From Massalongia carnosa (Eukaryota), in contig OZ287075.1 of NCBI GenBank assembly GCA_965645245.1, positions 2,170,001 to 2,234,000 on the forward strand: 64,000 nt of DNA, in the 5' to 3' direction. Made by a program: the position numbers and the translations under genes. This document shows positions 47,880 through 60,395 of the stretch, piece by piece. The notes below the pieces were generated by a model that ran no database searches, was not told where the DNA came from, and saw only the letters and a program-made list of their open reading frames with translations. How positions within the stretch are numbered: the first letter of the stretch is position 1; every line of letters starts with the position of its first letter.

Positions 47880-49814
47880 ATCGTGCCAAAACACTAAACC
47901 CCAACCGAGTCAGGGTCTAGTGCCCGACGGTCTACTGACGCATACAGTCTACTGACGCACTTTTCCCATTTTCACTACCATTCCTGCTACAAATCAAGGA
48001 CAACAACGGTTATGCAGAAACTGATTGATTATGACGCTGGTAAAATAGCTTCGCTTGTCTGGGCATCGATCTGGCGATTCTTTTATACCTTTTGTCCAGG
48101 GCAATCTGCTTCTGTTCAGCAGCTAGTGTAGCACGTTCATAGGCCAGTCTGGTCTTTTCCACCTCGTTCTGACAACGTTTCGAGGTTTTGGCCCGTACAT
48201 CTCCTACAGTTATGACCCCTCCCTTCTGGGCGACCTTTCCATCCAATTTTCTACGGGCCGCCTTCGCGATGGACTGTTGTTGACTGGCTCGAAGGTCCCG
48301 CTCAATAATCTGACGTGCATGCGCATTGGAAATAGAGCCCTTCACAAATCGATTCACATGACAATCCCATTCATTGTCCAGCACGTTGTATTTCTTCAAA
48401 CTCATTCGAAGGTGTAAGCCATATTCAACCACCTCTTTAGTCGTACGGGGCGTTCTGGCGAGCAGAGGGGCTGACAAAGGTGGGGGCGGGGTAGCAGGTC
48501 TCCGAGTTTGAATTGCCTCCAGCTTTCGAATTACCACATTGGGGTTATAAGGCACCAGACCCGTGTTTCTGAATGACGATAATATGGTAGATGAGGTGAA
48601 TGTTTGATTTCGCATGCGCTGAAAAATGGACAAAAAATCCAGTTTGTCGAAATCTGCCCCTCCAAGTCGCACCATTTCGTCAATGCCTTCGGAATGATAA
48701 TGTTTGAACGGCTGAAAACATCCTACATCCAATGGCTGAGTGAGATGTGTTGAATGAGGAGGCAAACGAAACAATTCAATGTGATTTCGTTTGGCATATG
48801 TAAAAAACTCATATGTCATATGAGATCCATACCCGTCCATGATCAACATACGCCAGGCCCCTACCTGACCCTTTCGACTGTGTTTATCAAAATGTTTCAA
48901 CCAATCAATAGCCAAATCATCATTGGAATAGCCGGTAGGACTAGTAGTCAACAAAACATCGTCATTCAGATCGTTTTGTTGTGTCCACTTTTCGAGAATC
49001 AAAGCTCCCGCGATAATCACCATGGGGGGAATGTTTCGCCCCCCAGCACTAATACACTCACACGAGGTAACATATTCTCTATTATCTGGATCTGTCAATA
49101 GCAAGGGCTTTCTGGAGTGAGTTGATATAACCCAATGAGCCCTGCCACAGCCAATTCGAAAGCCCGTTTCATCCATGTTCCAAACGTCCTCGTCCACTAT
49201 TCCCCGCGTCTTTCGCGCAGTTCGATATGCTTCAAAATACTCGAGCATGTCCTTTGCATCGTGCGCGTGTTTTCGCTCAGCGGCCAGAGGTTTTTGTTTT
49301 CGCTTGAAAAATTGAGGATGACGATTGAGGAAACGTTTGGTCCAGGCCTCGCTGACGTGAGGGGGGGGGATGGAGGCGTCTAAATGAGCTTCTCGAAGTA
49401 GATAATTAGCAGCCCCCCGAACCATTGAAAACCTGGCTGATTGTTCGGCTTGATCGAGCATCACAATATATTCACAAAGGGCCAATTCTTGTTCATCAGA
49501 TAAGGCCTTGTTGGGGCCAGATCGACCGATGCGCGAACCCCCTCCAGCAAGTCGTCTTTGAAGCGTACGAATGTCGACATCGAAATCAATGGCTACTGCG
49601 CGTATACTTCGAAATTCACCCGTGTTCCACGCGTTTATAGCATCGAAAATTTGATCCTCCTTATTAGAATATGAGTTAGGCATGGTGGTGGTAGATGAAA
49701 GACGTGGTGAAAATGGTAGTGAAAATGGGAAAAGTGCGTCAGTAGACTGTATGCGTCAGTAGACCGTCGGGCACTAGACCCTGACTCGGTTGGGGTTTAG
49801 TGTTTTGGCACGAT
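47880..49814 (-). mobile_element. pogo/Fot1-like DNA transposon, ~103-bp perfect TIRs, TA TSD
   Basis: ATCGTGCCAAAACAC... inverted at both ends, inserted at a TA within the Copia RT. Confidence 0.95.
48010..49683 (-). CDS. pogo/Fot1 transposase (557 aa, intact)
   Basis: N-terminal HTH regions, WNMDETGF, LIMDGYGSH and HLTQPLDVGCF. Confidence 0.95.
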   Translation of the reverse strand: MPNSYSNKEDQIFDAINAWNTGEFRSIRAVAIDFDVDIRTLQRRLAGGGSRIGRSGPNKALSDEQELALCEYIVMLDQAEQSARFSMVRGAANYLLREAHLDASIPPPHVSEAWTKRFLNRHPQFFKRKQKPLAAERKHAHDAKDMLEYFEAYRTARKTRGIVDEDVWNMDETGFRIGCGRAHWVISTHSRKPLLLTDPDNREYVTSCECISAGGRNIPPMVIIAGALILEKWTQQNDLNDDVLLTTSPTGYSNDDLAIDWLKHFDKHSRKGQVGAWRMLIMDGYGSHMTYEFFTYAKRNHIELFRLPPHSTHLTQPLDVGCFQPFKHYHSEGIDEMVRLGGADFDKLDFLSIFQRMRNQTFTSSTILSSFRNTGLVPYNPNVVIRKLEAIQTRRPATPPPPLSAPLLARTPRTTKEVVEYGLHLRMSLKKYNVLDNEWDCHVNRFVKGSISNAHARQIIERDLRASQQQSIAKAARRKLDGKVAQKGGVITVGDVRAKTSKRCQNEVEKTRLAYERATLAAEQKQIALDKRYKRIARSMPRQAKLFYQRHNQSVSA

Positions 49815-51059
49815 TACCTGAAGAAGGTGCTGCAGCGATTTAATATGGTCGACTGCAGGCCCATTTCCACCCCCATGGACCCCGGTGCCGGAAACACACT
49901 CATGCCGTCGGATGACCAGGCCGACAAGGAAACAATTACCTGGTACCAGTCGGTGGTAGGCTCGCTCATGTGGCCAGCCATGCATACACGCCCCGACATC
50001 GCTTATGCAGTGGGAGTACTGAGTCGATATTGTTCGAACCCAGGCCCATTACACTGCAAATATCTTCAGCGCATTATGCGCTATATATCCAGTACCCTAA
50101 ATACAGGCCTCGTGTTTAGAAAAGACACCGAGGATGACATTGTAGGATACTCGGACTCCGATTATGCTGGAACGAAAGATGGGAGAAAATCGACCGGGGC
50201 CTATACGTTTTTGTTAGCAGGCGCCCCAATTTCTCACTGTTCCAAGCTACAACCTACCGTCGCCCTATCCACCTGCGAGGCCGAATATATGGCCCTGACG
50301 GAAGCAGCTAAAGAGGCCATTTGGTGCGCGCGATTTCTGGCCGAGTTAGGATATCGGAAGAAGGACACCCCTGTCCTACTTCGAGGGGACAATCAAGGGT
50401 CAATTGCATTGGCTGAAAACCCCGAATTCCACCGTCGAACCAAGCACATCGAAATCAAATGGCATTGGATACGGGAGGTGGTGGAATTGGGGAAGGTAAA
50501 AATTAAATTTATCTCGACCAAAGAGATGGTGGCAGACGGGTTTACGAAGCCCCTGGCCGCTAAACCCTTTGAGGACTTTAAGACGATGCTTGGCATGGAC
50601 TAAGCCCAAAGAGGAAATAAATTCCCGAATAGCCTCAAAGATGGCTGAATGAGAGTGTTAAATGGTGAGGCTACCTTCGGTTAGATGGTTAGGCTACCAT
50701 CAATATAGGCATCCATCATGAGTCCCACGGGTGCCTGCCAGGCATCTATAAGAGGTGCCTAACAGGCAGCTATGGGAGGCCTACAGCATTACTGTTATGT
50801 GACTGCTATAAAAGCAGGTAGATAGCCCACATAGATAATTACCTTCAATGACAATCATGCTACTATACCTACAAAGTGAATTTTACTATTCATAAAATAA
50901 ACCCCCTCTATGCCTCGATGCCGGGTTGCATCTATGCCTGCTGTCCCCCTACGCCCGGCTTTGCTTGCCTGTGTGAGGCCTCATATAGCATCTCACTCAA
51001 CCCAACTCGCAACTGACATAGCGCGGCCTCAGGTTCATTGAACATCATCACCCTGCCAT

Positions 51060-54000
51060 TTTATCGCCGCCCTACAGCCTGATGCTCGTTCTACCCACTC
51101 GGTCGTATCTAGGTTGATGCGATTAGTATCAATCACCTTTTGAAGGCCGAGGATCCCTTTGTCTTGGTCATGGAGTCGGCGGGGTTGTTGTGGCCATGAA
51201 TCCATTTCACCTCGGTCACCTCACGTCTCTCGTATGACTGACGGAGACTCATGACATCAATCATTAAGCATTTCTCTTGGGTCGTCCCAAGTTTTACTAA
51301 GCAGTCATATAGCGATTTTGAATCCGTGCAGAGAATCAGTGGAATGTCGGTTCCGAGAAGTTTGCTAAGGGTTGCCTTTATGACGGCCCCGATATCGAAC
51401 CCATGTGCCATGCCATATAGCTCGGCGGCCAAGACACTCCGCGTCACCCTTTTACACTTAATTGATGACTAATGAATGACGTTGGCTTTGTCAGTCGAGT
51501 CAGCAAGGCATATGACATAACCGATTTGTGATGAGAGGTCTCGGTTGTTGGCAAAGGATGAATCGGTGAAAACGACCAACTGAAGGCTGTTTCGATCGAG
51601 TTTGACGTATTTCAGCCCTCGGGATTGATTTTCTATTTGCCACTTAAGTCGCTTGTTTAGGGCATTGATATCATCTGAGGAGAACTTTGTTGACTGAGCG
51701 GCATAAGATAGATCGAAAGAGGCCTCGGGCTGACAGATGGAAGCTGTGTATGCACCTCTAGCTCGTTGGGCCACATATTGCTCTCTCGAAGACAACTTTT
51801 CTCGAACGATGCCTCGCGAGCTAGTTGTCGAGGCGTCATGATTCTTAACCAGCGAGATGCCTCCAACACGAGTTTCCTGGCTCAACATGATGTCTCTGCT
51901 CGGGGCGAGTCGGATCATGGTGCCATTGAACTTGATTGGGGTTTCGAGGATGAGATGAGTGCGCTCTTTAGTCATGATCTTAGCCTTCTTGATAGCATCT
52001 TCTTCTTCGGCCGAAAAGGTGTCGCTTGCTAGCATAAGGGTGTCGTCAGTTTGTAGGCCAACGATGCCAAAAGGCTCGGATTTGTAGAGTAGGCATGGAT
52101 CGTAGGTTGACTCGGTCATGCCGAGTTTTCTAGTATGATGGGCATGATACGTGGCGAACCAATGATTGCCTGCTTCCGGGACGCCATAGAGAGGTTTTAT
52201 GACTTTCAGGATGCAGTTGGATGGAGCTCCCATCATCGCGGTGAGTTCATGAGGCGGGTGGATGTAAAAGTCACGATTCAACTCGGAATTTGATTGAACG
52301 TATGCCTGAGTGACGTCGCGAAGGTATAGCTTTGTTGACTCGTTTTGAAATGTTGCTGTGAGGCAGATGATAAGACGTTGACTGACTCGTTGAATTGTCG
52401 GTGACTGTGTCAGAACGAGGTCTTCATTGAGGTCATTGTAGGCCTGTACGACCAGACGTGATTTCTCGAAAGCCTTATCGGTGCCAGGATTCTTTATTTC
52501 GTCAACAAACCTCGAGTTGAAAACGCGTGCGTCATCTGGAACGTCTTCAGAATTTACGAGTTTGAATACACCTTTTTCTAGAAGTCCGGCGACTTCCTTT
52601 TGCCTCGATGAGGTGAATTGGGGTAATTTCGAGATGTCGTCATCATTATCTTCAGGAGTATCGATGACGAAGCAGATGTTGGAAGGCGTAGTGAAATTGA
52701 CATGTTCGGGATGCTTTCTGGGTCTTCCACGGCCACGTTTGACTGGTGCTGATGGTGCTGATGAAGGTGAGGCAGTCGGGGCAATGATTCCCGAGACGAG
52801 GGGATTCGTAGGAGGGTGTCTCTTGCATCGATTGAGGGAACATGTCCCGAGGTGCGAGGGTTAATAGATGAGGCATCTCCTGTACCATCATCTATACGTC
52901 CTGCACCAACGTCGGCGTCTCCTGCGCTTTCGTCATCTTTTTCATCTTTATTTGTATCCTTCATGCCATCAGCAGCAAGGTCGTAGTACGGTTTCAACGA
53001 GGTGGAACGGAATTTGGTGGGTCCGCTCGACAGCTCGATGATAGCCGACTCGCCTTGTAGGCTGAGAAGTTTGTATGGCCCCTTCCACGTCCCTGATCGA
53101 CCTGCATTGCCTTCTCGGAATACTAGCACCGGCGAATTGATGGGCAAGTCGTGAATCAAGGTGGTGGACGGGCCGTTTCGAGTGTTCAATGCATCATTAA
53201 CCTGACGAGATGCATGCAGCTTGCGTACCTCCTCCATAGCCTTTCTCATGGCTATCGTGCGTTGGGTGATTGTAGGCGAGGGAGCATCCATTTCAGTCAT
53301 TCTCGGGTAGGCACCGAACACAAGCAACGTCGGAACTAGACCATTCGGTCCTACCGAGTCGTTGAGTGCCTTGAATGCCATTTGTAGGGCCAACTCGGGC
53401 TCGATTCCGGGAATTTCGGCAGTTATGATGCTATATGCTCGACGAAGTGGTCCATGATAGCGTTCAACTAGACCGATGGAGTGATGCGCTTCGACGGGGA
53501 CGTTTTTGACAATGATTCCCATGTTTGCAGCATATTGTCGGAATTCCCTGGCCATGAACTGTTTGCCTGCATCGGCCGAGATGAGGTCGGGGGGGCCGAG
53601 ATAGGTATCGATCCAACATGCCCGTAGCTGATCCCATACATGTCTGGCCGAAATGTCCTTCAGCCACCGTCCTGCTTGAAATCGAGTTGCCTCGTCGACT
53701 AACTGCAGCACCGCCTTGCCTTCTATGTAAAGAATATCGACGACAATGTGGTAATTAAACTCGACGTCATCTTTTATGGTAAAACCGAACCTGCCTGGCG
53801 ACTTTCCGTGCTTCTGACAATGGTGGCAATATTTAACGAGGTATTCTAGGGCTCGAAGGTCGACATCATGACCTGATCGCTCGAGAATCCGATGTAGGCG
53901 CGAGACTGATGGGTGCCCGAAGCGACGATGTAGTCGGCGGAGCTCGGTGGTAGTTAAGAAGCATGGATTTTCCGAGAATGATTCAATCGCGAGGGCATAT

Positions 54001-56522
54001 GCGGATGTGCACCATAAAAGAAACGCATGACCATACCGGCGAATCACAGGATGAGTATGTTGGGCCTGAACAACTTGATTGATTAGGTTATTGAAGAAGG
54101 CACCTAGCTTGTCCATGTCGGCGAGGCAGAGGAGAAACGGCGTATTGACTCGTACGATATGAAAGACGATTCTTCCTATGGGGGTATTCAGGTTGACCGT
54201 GCCGATTGAAGACGTACTACCGATGCCAAAGACGAAATTTGCTGACCCAGCCGTTGTCTCGTCGAGTTTTATCGAGATGATCTTCTGCAAGGCCTTTAGC
54301 TGCCCAATGCCACCGGTTGACCGAGTTGCAGCACCGGAATCGATCAGTAGCCCTTTAAACTCGGACTCGTCGTAGCGAGTGTCGGTTGACGTGATAAAAC
54401 TGTAGGGCACTGAGACGGGGGCGATGGTATTGTCTGACCAAGTTATGCGATGTTCGAAGGCCTTATTGGTCAGCATGTTGATCGCATTAATAGACTCAAC
54501 TGCATGAAGGGTGCCAATCGAGGTATGAAACATCTCGGTAGCGACCTCTGCATCAAGAGAAGGGTCTTTTGCCTCGATGGACAGGTCTCCGAAAAAGTGA
54601 GCTATTTCGTCTTCATCTTCATCATCGCCCTCATAATTAGCGATGTATTGACGAAGATTGCGTTCATAGCCTGAGCGATTTTTGTACTTGGGATGCCTAT
54701 CTCCCCAGCGCTTCTTGGAGTCCTCCTGTTCTTTCGATGAGTGGTTCGTTGACCAGCATCCTTCTTCATCGCATACGAAGCAGCGTTTTTGACGCATTGG
54801 GCCACGAGACGGGTTTCGAGACTGGTTTCGAGATGAATAACTTGATCGGTTGAAACGTTGTCCGCCGCGAGAGCGAGGGTTGAAACCGCCTCGGCGATAC
54901 TGCCGATCGGTGAAGAAAGACTCCTCATCGTCCTCATTCTCGCCTAGATAGCTCCCCTGCGCGGACTTATGCACCGCTTCATAATTGACGATTGAGGCAT
55001 AGAGGTTATTGACCAATCCTGGTGTGTCCTGTGGTGGATTTGTTAAACCGGCCGCGAGTGCTGGGTGACCCCTACAGGCCCGAATGATGTTTTCTCGCAG
55101 ATGAATTGACCCGTGATATGCCGTGTTGATGCCTCGTTGTATCGTGTCCAGCTCGGTGCATAGCTTTCTGAGACACTCGGTTGTCGACAGCGAGGGGTTG
55201 GCCGAGATAACATCGTTCAGGGAGATGGTTTGCCACTTTGCCAGATTGTAGCGTTCCCACTCGGGCCCTTCAAAGAATGTCCTCATGTTTTGACAGAAAT
55301 CATCAAACGACGCGGCGGAACCTCGATTTGCATAGTAATGAGTCAATGCCTGACCAGAAAGCATAATCGAGGCTCCATGAATGAACGCGATATGAGGTAG
55401 TCCGACTCGCCTGCATTTGTCGAGGAATATGGTGAGTTTGAAACCGAAGTTGTCGCCCGTGCCACTAAACTTATCGTTATCCTTGTAGATTTTCTCTAGC
55501 AGAGTCAATTCCTTGGCGTATTGATTGGTCGAGTTCTCCTGAAATTGATGATGAGGCGTTTGATGCGATGATTGACTCGGAGGTAGTTGTTGCGAGATCT
55601 GCTGAGTAAATTGTGGGGACTGCGACGCGAGGGGTGCCTGAGGTATGTACGGATTTGGTGATGCAGACTGATGCAATGGGGTCTGGAGTCTGGTATCCTG
55701 GTACGATTGTGTTCTCGGATCCGCAGATAGACCTCGCGAGTTTGCAGCGATGAGATTTAGGTTATCTGACTCGATGATGCTCATGAGTTCTCGCTTTCGG
55801 TCGAGGGTTTTCTCGGATAAATGTTTATATCGTCCTTGAACCCATTTAATTTGTTCGAGAGTCCAGTCCAGTTCCCATTCCATGTTGATAGCCTTTCTCA
55901 TGAAGGATGCGCGAGTCCTGCCGGGCCCGTAGTTGTGATCGATCCAAATGCCGTGTTGATAGCAGTAGGCCTTTACGAGTTCCCAGGTGTCTCGATCGAA
56001 TTTGTTGAAATGCTCCTCTTTGAAGTGCTCGAAGTTTCCCTGGACGATATTCCATAGATAGTAGTCCTCGTAGTCATTGTCTGCGTATCTTTGGAAGTGA
56101 TATTTAACATATTTCTTGATTGTCTCGGCATCGGCCGTCTCCGGATCGATGCCGTTGGGAAAGGGATTTGTTGACTCGGTTGACTCGATCGCGTTTTCGG
56201 CGCTCGGAGCAACGCTCGGAGAACCTGCCATCGTCAGCGATAGCGAGGTTTTCAGGTTTTAATGATTGGGGTATTCTGATCTGAATAGCTAAACTGATCA
56301 GTGTGGGTTTACCCCAACTCGTGGCACCAGACGTATGACTACGTCAGTGCTTGAGTTGGATGGTAAAGTTGTTCTATTAGCTAGTAGCGAGCGTGGGCTA
56401 TAGGCGTGTGCCCCTTTTCGGGGTCACGTGGCTGGCTAGGCGGCCCGTGCCTAACAGTGACGAAGGCCTTAATAGCCTCTAGTCGTGCCCACAGCCCGTT
56501 CTATCTACTAGTGCTACTAACA
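51060..56522 (-). mobile_element. Second Copia-like retrotransposon, defective; probable 5' LTR ~56302-56522, no matching 3' LTR seen
   Basis: ORF 52578-56231 (CFVCDEEGCWSTNH, LIDSGAA, LHRRFGH, integrase), frameshift into RT (KPLYGVPEAG, LQTDDTL), stop at 51469, RNase H fragment 51133-51447. Confidence 0.85.
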
Positions 56523-56673
56523 ATTTGTGGTAAGTGTTCTTTATCTACGAACTCAAGCGAAATCAATACGACCACACACACATCTAAGATGAGTTGTTCG
56601 TTGATCAATGGTATTGTGTGCTTAATTAACCCATACACACAACGAAAATCTTCTACACAACAGCATCTGCACA

Positions 56674-57659
56674 ATGACATCTCAAATCCGCAGCGCTCAT
56701 GTTAAACTCTCAGACCCCATCGAGTTATCCGCCTCGACGGTTCCAGCCTCCAGGGAGTTCATATGCAAGGACTCATCCTTCTTTTCACACCATGAGGTCC
56801 AACGCACCTTACCCTCGCCCGCCGAAGTAAGAGAGCGGGCACTCTCTAATGGGTTCCCCCCCGGGACTTCGCCTCCAGTCCAATTTCCATCTATGCAGCT
56901 GATTGTCAAGTTCGGCTTTGAGGTTTCGATTGCCGAAGGCCAATGTTTATGGGCGCTTCGGCGACTACTACGTGACCACGTGCCTGTTCCGGAAGTCTAC
57001 GGATGGCGTCAAGATGGCGAACAAGTGTTTATCTACATGGAACTAGTAGCAGGGGTTACGTTGGAGGAGCGTTGGGAGTCGTTGTCGAGCGAGGAACGTG
57101 TGTAGGTCTGTGAACAGCTGCGGACTATTGTAGCATCTATACGCCAGTTAAAGCAAGACCCAAAGGATGTGTTCGTTGGTGAGTCTTGTATAAGACCTCA
57201 TTGAAGCAAGGTTTGCATTCTGTCTAATTTAAATCTCCAGGCAGTGTCGCTCATCAACCGCTTCTCGATATCATGTTTGCGGGATTAGCCAACCGAGGCC
57301 CTTTCTCTTCGGTCAAGGAATTCCACGACTGGTTCTCTAGGCAAACCCATCGCTGCCAACCTAACGTGAAAGATTTTATCGATCCAATACGACCAGGACT
57401 TCCCGATGACAGCCCTATCACATTTACCCATGCCGACTTGCATCCTCGTAATATTCTCATATCTCGCGACTCTCCTCTTATCTGTGCCGTCGTCGACTGG
57501 CATCAATCAGGCTGGTATCCTGCATATTGGGAATTCTGCAAAACCATATACACTGTTGACGAGCATGAGGAATGGGCTGCAGATTATGTACCGGGGTTCC
57601 TAGAACCTCCGGATTGTCTCTCCGCCTGGGGCTTTTATATGAATTGTCTGGGCTGTTAG
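56674..57659 (+). pseudogene. Aminoglycoside-phosphotransferase/kinase-like gene with a premature stop
   Basis: VPVPEVYGW..FIYMELVAGVTL, FTHADLHPRNILI and VVDWHQSGWYPAYWEF. In-frame TAG at 57103; intron ~57179-57240. Confidence 0.8.
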
Positions 57660-60395
57660 AGGTGGAAATAATCTTAATCCGACGATGTGCACTTTTAGGC
57701 CTCGGTGTCGAAATTGGACACTACATAAGTCTGAATCTGCACTTGATCGAGCAGGATAGAACGAATGAAAGGGAACCTCCTGGCAGCACATAGAGTTCAA
57801 CAGTCTTTCAGCTAGCAGGCAGCACCTCTAACAAGCCTAGTAGAACTTGTTTTTGAATATTAATCACTAGTCTTCCCGATGAGGTTCTCGAAGCGCCTAT
57901 CTATCTGCCAGAGCACTCCTACTTACGGTCATCACATCTACGACGATGCTTCCACCATCTTATCCCTCCCAATTCAGAATGATATACGAGGATGTTGTGC
58001 TGAATGTATGATAATAATGAGCTCTATGGTGAATTTATATTTACGTCAGAAGAATATCTCTTGATAGTGAAATTCAGCCCTTGCTTGTTTGGCCGCTTGG
58101 TCGGCCCTCTGCTGAGACTCCAACTCCAACTGAGCCTTCGATTTTTTTGGCTACCACACCCCGTGACCCTCGTGTTGTTGTTGCAGACGATGTGGATGGT
58201 AGCTGGCTAGCGCGGATGTTTTTTTGACTGATGCTATAAAGGGAAGGAGCTTTTGGAGAGGGAGCCGTTTGGGAAAGAGCCTTTTGGCTATGTTTCGCCA
58301 GCACTTCATCAATACCTTCAAATGAATCGGAAGAAGATGCCGGGGATGGAGGGATAAAATCATCATTCTCATTCAGAGGGAGTGGAGGATTGGGGGTAGG
58401 CTGAGTTGCTATATATTGCAGGTCATCGTCGTCAGATACGATGATAGCATCTCCGGAATCTATACCGAATATTAGCCGCGCTACATCGATCGATTTGCTG
58501 ATATCGTGGGTTTTTTATCATCAATCATACCCTTGTCTTCACCGCCTGCCCGCAATTCATCCTCATGCCTTCCTCTCCTCCCTTCTTCAATCGAGTCCTT
58601 ACGTTTAGCACGTCGCTGCTTAGCTTCATCTGCCTCAGCTGCCTCACGGCCAGTGTAAGCTCGCCGGCGACTCCCACTCTTTTTATACATGAGGTTGTCC
58701 TTCGGTCGGATTTCGTCGGGGAAAGTTGTAGGGATAAGTGGCCTCGCCAGCTCCTTATCATGCCATTTTTTATTGAAAATAGCAGTGAATTTGGCGAATT
58801 CACGAGCGTATCCCTCCCTTCTATGCACATTTTCTATTGATTTATGAAAATCAATAGATTGATGTGCGGCCGCATGCAGCAAATCAACACCCCCGCGACC
58901 GAATCTATCCCCAGTATTATTGTCAACTGCCTTCTCGATCTCCTCTTCCGGCTCAGATTCTTGTCTTTGTTGAGCATTCCCCCCCTCATCCGCCTCCTCA
59001 TCCTGTTCTTCTGTAGTCTTCCTGTAAGCTGCTCTCCGAAATATCTCAGCGAAACTTATGGTGGGGTCGAAAACCATTCTCCACGAGACCACAAAAGGCG
59101 GGCCATCGAAAAACCAGCGGGGATGAATGAGGGAAATAGGTATGGGGATAACATCAATGACGCAATGATACAACCAGCATCTACACGGAAGACCGTATCG
59201 TGAAGGCAAATCAATCGTACATACAATCTTCACCGGTTGGTTCAATTAATGCAGTCCCTTCAACTCCAAAAGAAACCTGTTGATTGAAATCTTCGGCTAA
59301 AAGTTTAGCTGCATTCAACTCTCTAGATATGAGGTCAATAGCATGATGAGTTATTAAACCTATAAGGTCTTTGAACGCACTTCTTTCCATTAGCCGGTAG
59401 TTGTTGATTCGTTGATGATTGATTGATATTTCGTAGTCAACCTGAACCCTTTGCACTGTTTCGCATATTTTCCGCACCGAGTCCTTAATAGGTGTATGCC
59501 TATTTGTCACATTCTTTACCAAGTGATGCAAACCTTCCACCCTTTGTGTGCTTGTGCACCTAAATTAGGGAACTTTTGGTATATGCGGAAACAAAGTGAC
59601 ACTCCTGACGTTGATAATAGCTGGTAAAATAGTCCTGGAAATAGGAGCGAGTTAGCCCTTACTAACGTTGTTTGATGGCTTCATACCTTTTCTGAAGCAT
59701 GAAGCTTCAACATAAACGCGTTTCTTTTCTCATCCAGCTATTAAACGGTAGGAGTTTTGATCCACTCCCATATCAATTCATGCAGCTCTTTCCGTACTTC
59801 TAAAGGATATGAACCTGCCCTGATCAGGCGTTTCTTTATTGCCTCCGCTGCGTGCTACGTGCATAATTGCAACACAAAATAAGGGTCGGTTTCGTGTATT
59901 GATTGGGCGACTGGCCATGCAACGGTCATTGCTGCATCCGGGTTTATTTCCTTAGCCGGTTTTTTATGCATCGCTGCAGTCAATCCAGCGGCGAAGTCTT
60001 CGAGGATGACCCTAGGACCAGGACATGTATCATGAAAAAAGAGATCTTTCATACAATCAAATAGAAACGTAAAGCACTCAGCCGATTCAGAAGTTATATA
60101 ACAATAGGCCGTGGGGAAAGTCTGCTTTGTGTTGGTGATGCCAATCAACACTGATACAGGTAAGTTCTATCAAAAGGCAGTATAATAGATAGAGGATAGA
60201 ACGCTTGCTTTTGTTCCATATAGTGGGAATAGCTAGATTTATAGACAATGTACGGTATCCTAGTATTAGACTAGCGATACGTCTAGCCATTAGCGTGCGC
60301 CATACTCGTGCGGTAGAAGGTGCGTGCGCCTGCCTGATTTGTATTGAACATAGCATCCGTTTCTATCAAAAATCCACTGACAAATCGTCTAGTTA

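Larger units (their letters stand above)
38527..50603 (+). pseudogene. Copia gag-PR-IN-RT-RNase H polyprotein split by two insertions
   Basis: LIDSGATAHI, WHERLGH, HSDLGGP, RADGGGEY, KYKARWVVHG, GVFV|SDDIFIAIYVDD and RRTKHIEIKWHWIRE. Confidence 0.9.
38084..50894 (+). mobile_element. Copia retrotransposon with non-matching LTRs (38084-38330; 50656-50894), hosting Gypsy and pogo insertions
   Basis: PBS GGTTATGAGCCC at 38331. ORF pieces 38527-41816, 47683-47879 and 49817-50603 rejoin in frame. Flanks CTATC and AAATA do not match. Confidence 0.95.

Noticed and set aside
60232..60350. Small insertion within the MULE
   Set aside because: A duplicated ATAGC suggests an insertion, but the termini are non-canonical, so it was not classified.
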